Assembly: GCF_000143415.4 (NCBI RefSeq)
Contig: NW_003314271.1
Location: 124,001 to 188,000 of the forward strand
Origin: Selaginella moellendorffii
Lineage: Eukaryota; Plantae; Lycopodiophyta
Direction: 5' to 3'
Length of the DNA stretch: 64,000 nucleotides
Shown: piece after piece, positions 12,344 through 25,767 of the stretch
Position numbering within the stretch: the stretch's first letter is position 1
Layout: the number at the start of each line of letters is the position of its first letter
Position numbers and translations under genes: made by a program
The notes under the pieces: generated by a model
Database searches by the model: none
What the model was told of the DNA's origin: nothing
What the model saw: only the letters and a program-made list of their open reading frames with translations

Positions 12344-14715
12344 CCTTTATTATGAATACACATGTTGCACAAGAGTGTTCTATAAATTAAAATAAGTTAC
12401 TTTAATGTGAACGTGGTATCACTGACTTTCACTTAACATCGGAACTAGAATATGCCTAAATAACATGAGTGAATGCAGAGAAACTTAACAATACAGGAAT
12501 TTTAAAGTCTTCTGCCAACCAAAAAAATAGCAAGTTTTGTTTTAAAAGAGAGATAGTGTTTCCTACACTAAAACTGACGCTTTCTTAGATATTTTTGGCA
12601 TGCAAGCTGGTGACATCCTTTTGGAATTATTTTTGTTAGCAAGTTGATGTAACCTTGCAACTAAAATACATAGAGTAGCAAAGCATAAGGGGGAAGTTGA
12701 AAGAAAATGGAGAAAAAAGGAAGAAAAAGGAAAGACATTACTTCACAAATTCTTTGAGATGGAGATGACTATGAGTATGTAAGAGCTTATGGCCAATCTC
12801 ATTTGTGAACACATAGGAACCACCCTCCACATGGTGTTGGATGTAGTAGGGATTGAGCCATTGTGGAAAAAACTTGGAGGGAATGAACTCTTTGAGAAAA
12901 ACAAATTGTCTAGAAAAAAAAGGATTGAATTTGGAACTTTAGAGTTGATAGCCACCTTAAGCTTGTTTTTTGCAACAAAAAGTTTTTTGGCTGAGGCCCG
13001 ATACTACTCATCATTGCAAAGACAACATAAGTGATGATACCTAGAGCTCCATTGGAAGTTTTGCCTTAGGGCCATAGACCAAGGAGAAGGGGTCATTGAA
13101 ATGAATGTTTTGAAAGATGTCTAAAAGGCCTAGAGTGTTGTGATTAAGTGCTTATGCCATCATTGCAGATGATTATTAACAAGCTTCAAAGAGATTTTAT
13201 TTACCAGGAAGGTTCCAGGTTTTATTCTGAGCTCTGCTCGACGTTCTTGTTTCGCTTCAAGATCACGTCTTCGTCTTCGTCGAGCTTGTTTGCAAAAGGT
13301 AACCAATTTGATCAGCACCCTTACCAGCCGAGAGGAGAAAGTTAGTTGCTTGCAACGAGGGGAGCATCACTAGCAGCTCCACATTACTTCCAACCGCGGT
13401 GGCATAGCACAAGAGCTCCGAGATCTCACAGTATAGAAAACAAGAGCTTGTCAGGATTTCTATAACCCTCTCTCGCCATTTCTCTTACGATCCCCACGGC
13501 GCAGCTCTCCCATATCCAACCGCGCTTGGATCTCTGAGTTCCAAGCATTCTACAATAAACAGAACAGAAAAATTGATCTTTTCAGTACCTGTTTCGCAAC
13601 TTTTCAACACGAAGAAGCTACACGAAACACAGTTGAACACAAGAAGGTTATAAATCGAGCTTCGTTCTACCGCTTGCTGGTCTGGAATCGGGTGTGTTAA
13701 CCGCCAGTGTCGATGGGATGATTAGAGAGCAAGAATCCAAACAAAGAAACAAAAATTGAATAGGTGAAAGTACCAGCTTTTGAGCATCCATCAGAAGATA
13801 CTGAAACCTGCGAAGCGGAAGGTGACATGTAAGCAAAAGAAGACAGATCGTGGACGATGATAAGACTCAACCGTATTGATTGATACATCTGGAATGGCTT
13901 TGCAAATGCCGGGGGCATGGTTCTCCAAGTGTAACATCCCAAAAGAGCCACGCTACCATTTCTCCACTTGCAGTAACCAGGACCAGGGCAAGCTGTTAAA
14001 CCAGAGAGAATAATTTCCTCCTTGGTCTCCACCATCCACAAAGCTACACACACGAAAGAGAAGAGCTGGAGGTCACTCACTACACACCAAGTGAGAAGAA
14101 AACCTCTTACCCAGCGCGCTGGCATGTGTTTCCTGCCGCAGGCATTGGTTTTCCATGACTCAAACAGTGTAACGCCTTCGTAGACCGCGAGCCACCGCAA
14201 GCGGAGAGCTAACTCAGGGGTCACAGATCTCCATTGGCATTAACCCCGTGTCCCAAACGACTGCTCTGTTTGCCTGGAGATATCTTCCACAAGAACTGTA
14301 AGAAACGGAAGCAACCTGGGAAACAAGTCATATGACCTTGGTTTTGGCTGCAATATACCTCACAACAGAGGCAAGAGGCACCGTGGCTCTGGATATCAAA
14401 TAAGCCGACTGTTCCATCGCCTGTTGGTAAAATTCTTGTTAATTGTGTAACAGATCCTCCAATAATCAGGCTCCAAAATTCGCTGTGGAGGATAAACTAG
14501 TGAGGATATTAAGGATAAAAAACGAAAAACCATCACTGCCACTGCTGCCGAGCCGAGGAGGATGGCACTGGAGACCAGATTCCTCCACGCTCTTGGTCCA
14601 TCAATCGCGAAAGGGGCAGCGGAATCTCGTTGACGGAACGCTGTCATGCCAAGGACAAGGTTGAGGAGGTTCTGGATGGTGTCTCTTGCCAGTGGAAGTG
14701 CTTGCTCGCGTCCCT

Positions 14716-17670
14716 TCAATTGCCCGCTCGCGCGATGGTGTCGGAGCGGCGCTTGTTTTCTCGGCAAGACAAGCACGGGCATCGTCCTCGTTCTTTCACC
14801 AATTCTCCGCAGTCGATGTAGGATGCCACTGCCTGCTGCTGGGCGAAGAGTTCCTCTTGACTTCGCAGGATCCGTGACTGCTCCTGCCACAATCCGACGC
14901 TCCCAAGCAGGTTGGACATGAGAGAGTATGCTGCCGTGTCTCTGTCGTCAATATTCACGAGAGATTCGAACGCCACCTTTCCAGTCTCTACATCTCTCCA
15001 CGTCCGGCAAGCAGCCAGGAGTGTCCTCCAAGTGAGCGCTCTCGCTTCCGAGCCCATGCTAGTCACCATTACCAGCGCCTCGCCAAGTTGGTTGGCCCGA
15101 CCGAGCATGTCTACCACGCACACCCGGTGCTCACACCTCGGACTCACTCCATACTTAGAGAGCATTGCATCGAAGTACTTCCTGCCTCTAGTCACCATCC
15201 CGGCGTGGCTGCACGCAGCGAGGACGCACAGCAGCGTCACACTGTCCGGCTCAACGCCTTCGTCGTCCACAGCCCGATGAAAGACATCCAAGACCTTCTC
15301 AGCGTCGCCCTGGCGGCCGTATCCAGCTGCGAGAGCGTTCCATGCTATCAAATCTCGAGTTTGAGCTGCGTCAAACGCCTGTTGTGCGTCGTTCATACTT
15401 CCGGCTTTTCCAAACACGTCCACCATGCTGTTGGAGAGCACAATGTCTTTCTCGGCTCCATATCTGTATACTTCCCCAACGATGGCTTTGGTGACTTCCA
15501 GCGATCCCACAGAAGAGCTTCCCTTGAGCACGGGGACGAAGACTCGAGCATCTAGAGCACAGCAGGGCTGACCGAGTTTCAGTTTCATTCCCGCAAAGAG
15601 CTCCAAAACTTTGTCTCCATCACCACAGTCCGCGTACCCCGACATGAGCACTGTCCACGAGACTACATCACGGTGTGGCATGCTGTCGAAAACTCGCTGG
15701 GCGTCCACCAGACTCCCACACTTGGCGTACATCTCCATCAAACTGCTGGCCAAAACGAAGTCCCAGTGTCGAAGGAGTTCGGAAGCCTGGCAATGGATAG
15801 CAATCCCTTTCTGCAGTGACGAAACTTTGACAGCCTTTCCATCCACCTGAATGGCCTCTTCCCTTGCAGCGACGCGGATGCAAGCCTTGAGTGCTGCTGT
15901 GACAATGCTCGAAGACGTGAGCGCATACCCCTCGGATATCATGTGTTGGAACAGCTCTAGTGCCGTGTCTTCCTCTCCGCAATCAACACAGGCCAGAACC
16001 AGCGAAGTCCACGACATGCCGTCGTGCGAGCACATCTGGTCGAAAACTCTTCGAGCATCCAGCAGGCTTCCATTTCGCGCGTAAGCGTCGACTAAAGTGC
16101 TCGCCAAGATCACGTCCGTCTTAAAGTAGTTTCTCGAGTCTCCATGAAGAGCCATTGTTCTCTCCAAGCATTTGAGCTTGACCAGCTTTCCATCAACCAC
16201 CACGGCCCCTTCCTTGGCCGCCAAGCCGAGACAGGCCTTCGACACAGCAACTAAAGCCATAGCATCTGGAACGAGGCCACTGTTTTTCATCTGAGAAAAC
16301 AAATCCAAAGCTACCCCTGCTTGCGAGTTATCCACGTATCCCAGCATGAGCGCTGTCCACGACACCAGGCCGTGGCAAGGCATGCTCCTGAAAACTCTCT
16401 CGGCCTCCACCATGCTTCCACACTTGGCATACATGTCCACGAGAGTGTTCGACAAAAACTCGTCCCTCTCGAATCCTTTCTCCGCGGCCTGGATGTGAAT
16501 CGCCATCCCCTTATCCAGAGAATCCACTTTCACCATCTTCCCTTCAAAGCTTGTGGCTTCTTCTTTCGCTGCTAATCCAATGCAGGCCTTCAAACCAGCG
16601 ACAAACGTCAAGGAATCCGCTGTAGTAGCAGACGCAAAGCTTTCCAGCGCTCGCTCTGCTTCTCCATTCTCGACGTATCCCACCAGTAGCGTGTTCCACG
16701 AGACCACACTGTGGCAAGGCATCTTGTCGAAAACTCCTCGGGCATCAACCATGCTCCCACACGTCGCAAACATATCCACCAGAGCATTTCCAACGAAAAC
16801 ATCCAGCGCTCGTCTCGCTTGGCGATGGATCTCTCTCCCTTTTCTCAGAGCGCCAACTTTCACAGCCGTTCCATCCAAATCTTCTCCCCACTTTTCTCTC
16901 CCAGCCAAACCGGAGCAAGCTTTCACTGCTGCGCCAAAGCATCGACCATCCGGCTTGATCTCTCCAGCTCCCATACTGCCAAAAACCTCGAGCGCTAGCT
17001 CACTCTCCCCGTTTGCTACGTACCCAAGCACTAGAACAGTCCACGAGATGACACTGTGCCGGGAGCTTGTATCGAAAACCATGCGTGCTTCCACCATTCT
17101 TCCACAGCATGCGTACATTTCCACCAGCGAGCTCGCTACGTGATCATCTTTGCCGCTGCTCTTAGCTCGGGAGTGGATTCTCATGCCTTGTTCCAGAGCT
17201 TCCAGCTTGATCATCTTCCCACCGATGAGTCTCGCTTCTTCTCTGACCGCTCGAGCCGAGCAAGCCTTGATCGCTGCAAAGAATGTCCCGGCATCCGGTG
17301 CGCAACCCTGGCTTTCCATCCATGAGAAGGCTTCCAGAGCACGAGATTCTTCGCCATTCTCAGCGTGGCCCAAGATGAAAGCGTTCCAGGCCACTACATT
17401 GTGGCAAGGCATCCTGTCAAACACCCTCCTCGCCTCAACCAGGCTGCCACACCTCCCATACATGCCGATCAAGCTGCAAGAAACGTAGAGATTGGAGCAA
17501 ACCCCGCTCTGGATGGCGCGATCGTGGAGCACCCTTCCCTTCTCTAAGTCCTTGGAGCTCCCGCAGGATTTCAACCCCGAAAGGAGCTCCGCTGAGCAGT
17601 CTGTGCCGTGAGCCCGGCATTGTCCCAATCTGTGGCAGTACCTGTGGAGCGCGGGGCGAAGGAAATGCAT
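14716..17670 (-). CDS. Pentatricopeptide repeat protein, PLS class with E domain and no DYW (organellar RNA editing factor-like), intronless
   Basis: Repeated P-L-S triplets (SLIGMYGRCGSLVEARRVFDRM, VVSWTVLMSGY), L2/S2 (VLAACSHAG, CVVDMLGRA), E1/E2 (WRTLLAACR..AAYSLMSNL), degenerate PG-box (ASYID). First ATG at 17670. Confidence 0.95.
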   Translation of the reverse strand: MHFLRPALHRYCHRLGQCRAHGTDCSAELLSGLKSCGSSKDLEKGRVLHDRAIQSGVCSNLYVSCSLIGMYGRCGSLVEARRVFDRMPCHNVVAWNAFILGHAENGEESRALEAFSWMESQGCAPDAGTFFAAIKACSARAVREEARLIGGKMIKLEALEQGMRIHSRAKSSGKDDHVASSLVEMYACCGRMVEARMVFDTSSRHSVISWTVLVLGYVANGESELALEVFGSMGAGEIKPDGRCFGAAVKACSGLAGREKWGEDLDGTAVKVGALRKGREIHRQARRALDVFVGNALVDMFATCGSMVDARGVFDKMPCHSVVSWNTLLVGYVENGEAERALESFASATTADSLTFVAGLKACIGLAAKEEATSFEGKMVKVDSLDKGMAIHIQAAEKGFERDEFLSNTLVDMYAKCGSMVEAERVFRSMPCHGLVSWTALMLGYVDNSQAGVALDLFSQMKNSGLVPDAMALVAVSKACLGLAAKEGAVVVDGKLVKLKCLERTMALHGDSRNYFKTDVILASTLVDAYARNGSLLDARRVFDQMCSHDGMSWTSLVLACVDCGEEDTALELFQHMISEGYALTSSSIVTAALKACIRVAAREEAIQVDGKAVKVSSLQKGIAIHCQASELLRHWDFVLASSLMEMYAKCGSLVDAQRVFDSMPHRDVVSWTVLMSGYADCGDGDKVLELFAGMKLKLGQPCCALDARVFVPVLKGSSSVGSLEVTKAIVGEVYRYGAEKDIVLSNSMVDVFGKAGSMNDAQQAFDAAQTRDLIAWNALAAGYGRQGDAEKVLDVFHRAVDDEGVEPDSVTLLCVLAACSHAGMVTRGRKYFDAMLSKYGVSPRCEHRVCVVDMLGRANQLGEALVMVTSMGSEARALTWRTLLAACRTWRDVETGKVAFESLVNIDDRDTAAYSLMSNLLGSVGLWQEQSRILRSQEELFAQQQAVASYIDCGELVKERGRCPCLSCRENKRRSDTIARAGN

Positions 17671-17939
17671 CCATCCGTCGAACACCAAAAGAATCTTTGT
17701 CGAAGAACCCTAAAATTCCAAAGCCTTTGCTTGACTCTAAACGGCTCGCAAAGATAACACGAGGAATCGCAAGCTTGTCACTCCCATTCTTTCGTGGGAG
17801 ACAAACCTTGTACTTAACCCATACACGGCCAATGTTAATGTTCCTTCCTCTCCCGCGCGAGACGCCCGTGAGCAGCGTGATCGGAACCTTGTGGCGTGGA
17901 ACACGCTGTTTGCTGCATACTCGACTTGAGGAGGAGGCC

Positions 17940-18040
17940 TCGGTTGGAATGCAATTCACACTTTGCTCCACTCAAATCGGCCTTGCATCCTTCTGCCTGA
18001 CACAGTGGTGCAGGGGAATTTGCTCGGGGCCTTTTCACCG
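17940..18040 (-). pseudogene. SBP-box (SPL) domain fragment
   Basis: PLCQAEGCKADLSGAK-CELHS matches the SBP start CQVEGCxADLSxAKxYHRRHKVCExHS with YHRRHKV deleted; rest of the domain absent. Confidence 0.6.
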
Positions 18041-19194
18041 CCTCGCTAGCGTGTCTTCCAAGTACGTCCTCACACCCAGATTCAGACCGATTCGAGCCTT
18101 GGCCTAGAAATCCTCCCTTTTCATGCCGTCGGCGAAGTTCCTGGGATTCATCTCCAGCAGCCCATACAGTCGTCTCAGCTGCTCTTGAAACAACCTTGGA
18201 TCCTGGCCGCTTCCCGGAACAAAACTTCCACTTATGTTTTCGAAAGGAAGAACCGCTGCTGCCGCTGCTCCTGGAAAGCCTTGCGATCCATACAGTAGTG
18301 GCTGACCGGCCTCTAGAGCTCCTCCCTGTCCCCCGACTCCTCTCCTGCAAGTCCTCGAAAGTCTAGAGTTGAGATCCCCTTGCTGCTGTGGCTGGAATAG
18401 ACCATGAGAAACGTTGTTAACGCTGCTTGAGAAAACCATAGCTGAGACATCTTTGGTCGTTCTCCAGCATCATGGACACTATCAGTGGCGGCCATGTACA
18501 TGCGTCATAGTCGGCAGCAGTGAATTATCAGTGAACATGTTTTGAGCTGCCAAGTCTCCCCTGCTGCCGACTATAAGACTTGATCCACCACCTTTTTTAT
18601 GGCATGCCCAAAGGACGTGTTTGACGGCATGCACAGGCGGATCTGGTGTGAGCAAACACCCTCCGTTTGCACGACACAGCGAGGTTGACGAGCCTCCCGG
18701 AGCAGGAGATGTTCTCTTGGAATGCCCTCTTAGCCCTACAGCTTCCTCCACCAGGCCCAGAGACTCTGACAGCCTGCCGGATCGAAGCGTGGTCCGCCGG
18801 CCATCGCAGCTTGTGCCCGCAGAGGGCATTTTGTACAGGCGCTTGACGTGGAGGATGCCCAGGATGCCATTTGAAAGAACCGGATGCGAGCCTGCTGGTG
18901 GCGTGCCAAGGGCAAATGGAGCATCAATCGCTGGCAGATCGTGCCTCGTTTTCCTCACAGCCTCGTTCAGACATTGATCTAAGATGCCCAAACCGACATA
19001 TAGTTTGGCAAATTGCGTCTTCGATCCAAACGAATTGCGCCGAGGTTTACAATCCGACACCTAGCGGATCGATCGCAACTCCGTCACCATCGCTGGAGAG
19101 ACCATAGCCTTCACATCGACCTTGTCATTGATCGCAACATGGTTGTGAGCGTCCGCCATCCAATGCGGGCGGAAGGATATACTCTTGTGCGCTA

Positions 19195-19305
19195 TACAAG
19201 CATATTCTGACTAACATCCGTCCCTTTGTGGGACTGGAAGTAAACGCCGTACCCTGCTGAGAGCGACTCTTTATCGAAGGAACCATCGGTGAATACATTC
19301 CAAGG
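19195..19305 (-). pseudogene. RNase H1-like relic (first catalytic motif)
   Basis: WNVFTDGSFDKESLSAGYGVYF, typical RNase HI motif 1; followed by stops. Confidence 0.6.
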
Positions 19306-20885
19306 AGAAGATGCTTTTATTTCATCACGAGTACAAATGGTAAAGGCCCTACACCACCACACACCTTCTTGTTCGTGATGCACGCTTCATCCTCGCCAGC
19401 TTTGCTCTTGAGAGCCATCATCTTGTGTGTCTTGGAAGACTACCCTAAGTTTTGGCAATTTCCAAATGTTCCTTGACTCAAAAGGTTCCGTGTACGAAAA
19501 ACGTTTTCGTACTGAGTGAAAAGCTGTAGATTGATCGATTAGCAAACTAACAGCAACAAGAATGAGTTTCTTTACTTGATGAAAAGCTTCCACTGTAGTG
19601 TCCCTTTTCGCAGTCTCTCGGGAACAGCCTGAGACCGCTGTGTGAGATTGGGGAGGGGACCCGTGATAGCCATCTTGTTGTTCACTTGATCAAGCTTCCG
19701 CCAGTTCACCTGCGGTTCCTTCAACTCGTAAGCTCTTCAAGTATTAGGAAACGAAGTCTTACCTCGCCTGGAAACGCCTTTGTCATCGCATAGAGGACAT
19801 GGTTCTCGCCCTTAATTAGAGTTTCATCATCGTCATGTCCATGTCTTTGCTCTTCCATCCGGGTCGCAGTCTTATCCTGAGCTTAAACCATGCCTCTGCC
19901 TAATCAGGAAAAGAAATCAGTGATCTCTTTTTTCACCTCCTTGAGAACTGGCAGAACATCGCCAATTGAGAAAAAATCCACGACAATGCCCGTAGAAAAA
20001 GGTAAATCGAGGTTGCACCGAGCTACCTGCGAATCCACCTCGCGATCATTTGCATCCGAGGAGCATCGTCGATGTGAATTGTAAGCCCTCCGCCGTGTTT
20101 GTTTTTGCCTTCTAACTCCGACAAGCTGAGATAATCCCTTGCCTTGTCAATTAGCTGCGAGCTTCAACGACGTAAGAGTTTGCATTGACGGTGTCAAAGA
20201 GTTACGCACGATTTTCCAGCCTATCAATTCTCGCTCCGGCCACAAGAGGAGCAGCAATCGTGCAGCAGTGGTTTTTCTGTGTTTGATCATGAGGGCGGTG
20301 GTAGGAAAGCTAGGAAGAAATCGAAAAGCTCTTACCATTGCAATGGGACCTCTGGGAATCGGTGGAAGCAGGAGAACTCGTCCTTCAATCAACAAAGAAG
20401 TCATAACTTGCTTTTCACTCCTCAAGAATCCCACACAGAATCCTCCTTGACGTAAAGCTCTCGCAATCACCACAGATGAGAGAGATTGCTCACCCGTTTG
20501 ATCCAGCAGCAGCAATCTAGCTCCCGCGAATTCACTGGGCGAATCCCTGGGCACCTCGAGAATCGCAATGGACTTGTAGAAGCTCATCATCGAGGTCACA
20601 ACGGCCCAGGGAGCGGGCCTCCAAATCCTCCTCCGTCCATTGCTCCACCGAGAAATCTCTCTTCGAGGATGTGCATTGGCGGCAAGACGGGCAATGCGGC
20701 ATCTGGGCGCTGCTACTGGAATCGTCGGCAAACATCGGAATAGAAGTGGATTAGAGCTAACGAGAAGATCGAGTGTATATGCTATTTCACCAATGGATAA
20801 TCGCTAATAACGCAGGTTCATACCTTTTTTATCGACCTACGAGGAAAGGTCGCTCGCCTTCTTGTTTCCTGAGAGTTTCGAGTGT

Positions 20886-21735
20886 GAGGGGCTACCTGAC
20901 GAGTGCTTTTGCCGGATCTTGGCGTGGCTCCCCATTCCAGACCTTGTCCGCTGCAAGGTTGTACTCATTGAGGATGCCACTCGCTGGAGAAGCTTGCCGC
21001 GGTTGCATGGTTTGTCGCGTTCCCTGTCGTATCTTGGCCACTAGTAATTTTCCCCACAAGGCTAATCTGCCTTGAAGCATAGAAATCCTTGGGGTGAAGG
21101 ACGTTGCAGGTTTAGGATATTTGCCGACTCGTCCTGCGGCTTGGTGTGTGGCTATTTTGTGAATCTCCAGAGACACCACCTTGGAATCCGATCACCGGGA
21201 ACTGGTGTCGCCTTCCCGTGCTCCCGGTGAACTAGGTCTCAAGGAAAGAGGGGAAGCTGCTTGTGGATCCATGCACAGGGTACTTCAAGGTCTTGGTGTT
21301 TCTCCTTGCAGAATTTGATCACTACTGGCTGTTCAATAGAGAGTGGCGGCGCTGCCAGTTTACAAGCAAGAAGAGCATTGATGATCTCGTTGCGGATGAC
21401 AGGGACCATGACTCAGTATGTTTGCATCGCCTAACAGGCACTCGCTAAAGATCACTGGTGGTCTGGTTGTAATTGTGTTTGATCAGGTTTCAGGTTGCTA
21501 TGACAGGGTCAAGGTGACTGCCTTGTATGTAGATTACAATGGAAGGTGGATTCTTGCTTCCTCAACTATTAGTGGTGGTTATAAGCTGTCTGCTGCTGCA
21601 TGGGAACTCAACAGGGAGACATCAGCTTTGAGTGAGGTTTACATGGGTGACTTGGTGAAGAATGGCTCTCTTGAGTTTGAGTATTTTGTTGTCAAGCATT
21701 CCATTTTTGTGCGACCAAGTATGTTATCCCCATGA
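20886..21735 (+). pseudogene. F-box protein pseudogene
   Basis: GLPDECFCRILAWLPIPDLVRCKVV F-box motif; downstream WCRLPVLP and LLVDPCTGYFKVLV pieces interrupted by stops and frameshifts. Confidence 0.7.
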
Positions 21736-22580
21736 CCTTCTTCTTCAAGAATAATTCATGGAGTAACTGCAGCAAGTATAGACGGCCTTCACGCTCACAC
21801 CAGATTTATTTTTCAAAGCCTGCTCTATATAATAATTTTTGATGGGCCTCCGTTTCTCTGTGCATCGCTTCTTTGATCAATCCTTCTTTGATGGGCCTCC
21901 TATCTGAACAAGGCCTGAAGGGCAAGAAGGGAGGAAAAATAAAAAATAAAAAATCCTAGAAGGGCCGTGTGGAACTGGCGAGTACTCGAAGAAGGATTGT
22001 CATATTGACCTCACTCAAAAGCAAAGAACTGTCCAGACTATGGGAAGGAACAAAAAAGGTACATACTTGGAGTATACCAAGGCCTTGTTCAGATATGTCA
22101 TTAACTTGGACTTTGGCAGACCTTGCATGGTGCCTAAAAGTTTCTTCTACATGACAAGCTGGAGCAAATGATGCAGTATCGCTCTAGACGACATTCACTT
22201 CCAATCGTTTCTGATAATTTCCAATCCCTTAAAAGGTAGTATTTGTATTTGGTACATCAAATTTAAATCTCCTGTGGCTCTTTCTCAAGAACTACGTAAT
22301 AATATTTTAGTCAAGGACAAGTTGGGTTGACAAGCTTGAATGTTTCTGCTGCCATGCGTTCGCTTCCCAAAACTTGGAAACTCTGTGTGATTGGCATCGA
22401 ATTTCTTACCCTATGTGTGAATTGAAGACGCAATTTCCTGCAGCTAGAGTATACGAATCCTTCTATGCAGGAAAAATCTTTCTTGGGCCATGATCAAAAC
22501 TCTTGAGCAACACCATCTCCAAGTCCTGTGCGAAGCAATCATCATCGTAGCTGGAGACTAGATGCCTCACGCTCTTCTCC

Positions 22581-22650
22581 AGTCTCCAGCTACAATGATG
22601 ATCAGCGAGGAGCAGCGATCTAGTCTCCAGCTATGATGATGATCAGCGAG
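22581..22650. repeat. Short direct repeat (agtctccagcta.atgatgatcagcgagg x2)
   Basis: Two ~30-bp near-identical copies seen in sequence. Confidence 0.6.
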
Positions 22651-24247
22651 GTATCGCTGCTCCAGTTTGTTGAACAAACATTTTGGTTAGAACAAACAGT
22701 TTGTTAAACTTCGACGTCCATTTCGTCCATTTCGTTGAACAAAACAAACAGTATACGAGTTGATCTGAGCGCCTTTTCTTGTAAATTCACGCTATGATCA
22801 CTGTGCTTCCTGTAGCCATTGAGAAGAACACACATTCCTTTGCCTTCGTAGTTTTCATTATCGTTGTTTTCATTGAGGTTGGACCATTGCCATGTACGTC
22901 TTCAGCTAGATTGAAGTTCTGAAGCTCGCAGGCAACGTTGTTTCTCAGCTCGCAGGTGTTGTGTTGAGCGCAGTAACAACGTAATTCAAAATGTTGACAA
23001 TTTCTCAAAAACGTCGACATAAAGTCTCTCCAATCTCGTAGCATTCTGTGACACAGCTTTTTTCAGTTCTTACCGTCGTTGAGCAGCACCAACATGTCAC
23101 TTGGCTTCTTCATGACAAGAAATTAGAACAAATTGGAACACACGCAAACCTGAAGCTTTGTTCACATTCAGACAAAGTTGTCCACATCAGTGGGTTTCCC
23201 TTCGCGTTGGGAGTTCCTTGGGCCCATTGTTTTGCATTTGAGTTGTTTGAGCATATCATCTGGTTTCTTTTTGCGTTGCAATCTAAACGAAAGAGCAAAC
23301 CTAGTGTCTTCAAACGTTGAGAGTTTCAACACGATTTCTTGATCGCCTCTAGCCTTTCTTTTATCTTAGCTCGTTGCGCTTTCTTGTCCCCAGAAAATCT
23401 CTGTATTACTCGCTTATTGCTCGCGCAAAGAAAAGCCTTACCTAAACGGCGAGCGGCCTACCTGGCAGAGTGGACCGAAGGCCCAACCTTAATGATGAAC
23501 CCTAAACTTGAGTAACACTAAATATAAGTAGGAAAAAAAGGGGAAGAAGAAATAAACCGCATTAGCGCTCACCTGCTGTTTAGTTTTTCTCATAATTACT
23601 TGTCAGGGGATGAGGAATCCTGCTGATCGAACAGCCTGCTAGATGGCTTGTGGACGGACTTGAGTTGTAGTTTTGGTGGTCCTAAGCGAACTGAAAGAGC
23701 AACGTTCTTCGCAACATAGAAAGAATGCCACCTTGGGGAGAAAGAGCCGTGATCGTGAATGATCCTTCTTATCGATCAAACATTTCTTTGGCTTCATCTC
23801 GTGCGGTGCTGCAATTTCATCCACGCCACCATGTCTACATCTCCAATCTGTATGAAGCTCGCCAGCAAAATGCATTCCTTGTCCACAGCCGAGCAGGAAT
23901 TAAACAATTCGTAAACTTCTTTATAACAAGCAGTCACAAAACTTGCTTCTTGCCATGCCTGTGAGAGATCTATAACATTTGCATCTTACTTCGGTTAGCT
24001 CGTCTGGCAGTCTGGATTTCTTTCGGTGTCTTTCCTTTGATCATCCGAGCTAGAGTCGACTGCTCAAGTTCACCAGTGGTTTCATGTCAAGGCTTTCACG
24101 TGAGCTCACACAACATCTTGGTGTCTAGCGGGACGAACTTCTCATCTCCTGCAAAAGAAAAAGGAAGATCTCAAGTCACGGAACCTTGAATTCCAACCAG
24201 TGATGTGATCTTTTCGGCAGCAGTACGTACTCGAGTAGCAACTGGGA

Positions 24248-24500
24248 TTAACTTGACTTGTCCCTGGGACGGCATCCATTGAGCAAGACCTCGCAGTGAA
24301 CGAGAGGCATTCCACCTGGTTGCGCCACAGCCCGTGAAGAGAAACTTTGCCGCGAAAGATACCCAATGCGGGCATATGCAATCACCATCGTAGTCCAGGT
24401 CACCACGTCTCTCTCCTGCAGAGAATCAAAGGTTTTTTCTTCCTCAGAAACGCGGTTGTCATTGAAAAAGGCCCCTAACAGGATTTTTCCAGGAGAAGAC
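24248..24500 (-). pseudogene. PLS-type PPR gene fragment
   Basis: EEEKTFDSLQERDVVTWTTMVIAYARIG is a PPR S/P-motif junction; frame decays on both sides. Confidence 0.6.
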
Positions 24501-25767
24501 ATTGGGATCCCGAATCGAGTGAATCTGCCCAAACCGGGCATATAGTGCTAGCAAGAGGTTACACAACAATGTGCATTGCTGGTGCTTAGCTCGTCTTCCC
24601 TGTGATTGCGGCATCCTCGCACAAGGCTTGCCAGGTATCGCTGCTCCTTTCGCAGTTGGTCATCGGCCATGGACTATTTGCCAGACTCCAGAGCCAAATT
24701 CTAGGTTTTGATACTGGATTCGTGTGCAGCAAGCCATCCATTCGAAACTAAGACGCAAATTCCTGCAGCTCCATCCCCCAAGAAGGTAGAGCTTGCCACT
24801 CCACCATCACCAGATGGAGAACATAGCCTTCATCCTCCCAAAGCTGTGATGTCGATTGGATCCATATAGTGGTGGCGTGGGAGCGAAGACTATATTTTTG
24901 CACATTGATATACTTACCGGGGAGTGGAACCACGACATCTGTAACTTGGGCTCCAGGTTTGTATGCTAAAACCAGCTTTGTTTTTAACTTCGTATTCCTT
25001 TCACTCAAATGTTCTCTGATTCAGGAAGAGTTCGCTGAGATCATGGCCTTCCAGAGAATCACGTCCCCTTCTTCGGCACAGCTTCTCAAAGGAGGTATGC
25101 GTGTGTGTACTCCCTTCTTCCACATTGTTTTCCTCGAGAGCTTTGTTCTCATCTCTAGAGCTCGAAAAGCAAGGTTCTTCATCTCCAATCCAATTTGCAG
25201 GCGTTCATTTCGTTCAAGGTGACATACATCGATTGCGATTCAGGGAAGTCGAAGATTTTGCAAGGAGACTAAACGCCGACTGGCCAGACCGGATGCAAAA
25301 AATGCCTTCGCAACCAAGAACACAGGCTTTGGACGCCGCCAACGACAAGTCGAATACATAATTGTTGTCAGCCAAAGACATTGGATGGTCCCATTTTGTA
25401 ATAGAGGAAATATCCATTCAGTGGAATTTGGTTCTTGGATCTGGTTGGACTGCTCAAGTCCCTGTTCGAGTTTCGTACATAATAAAGACCACAGCTGGAG
25501 ATTTTTGCAAAAACATCCAGTTGCAGTGTTCTAAAAATCCAGCCTCGCCAATGCTTCCCATATTGGCGTGGATTTATCCAGATCCCTCCATCAGCCTCCA
25601 TGGCAGAGCACGGTGACTTGTTTGGAAAAGCCGGAAGTAGAGAAGGCCCTGGAGATTCAAGACGCAGATGATCTCAGCTCGCCAGTGTTTTGGTCTTGTT
25701 CATTGCTCATGCTCACCAACATTAGTCACAAACAAAATTTGCTTCTTGATTTTCGAATGGGGAAAAA

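Noticed and set aside
13200-14400. Possible minus-strand exons including a 175-aa ORF
   Set aside because: No recognisable domain or consistent splice model could be supported.
18482-19060. 192-aa minus-strand ORF
   Set aside because: Non-ATG start, no family motifs, lies within the relic zone.
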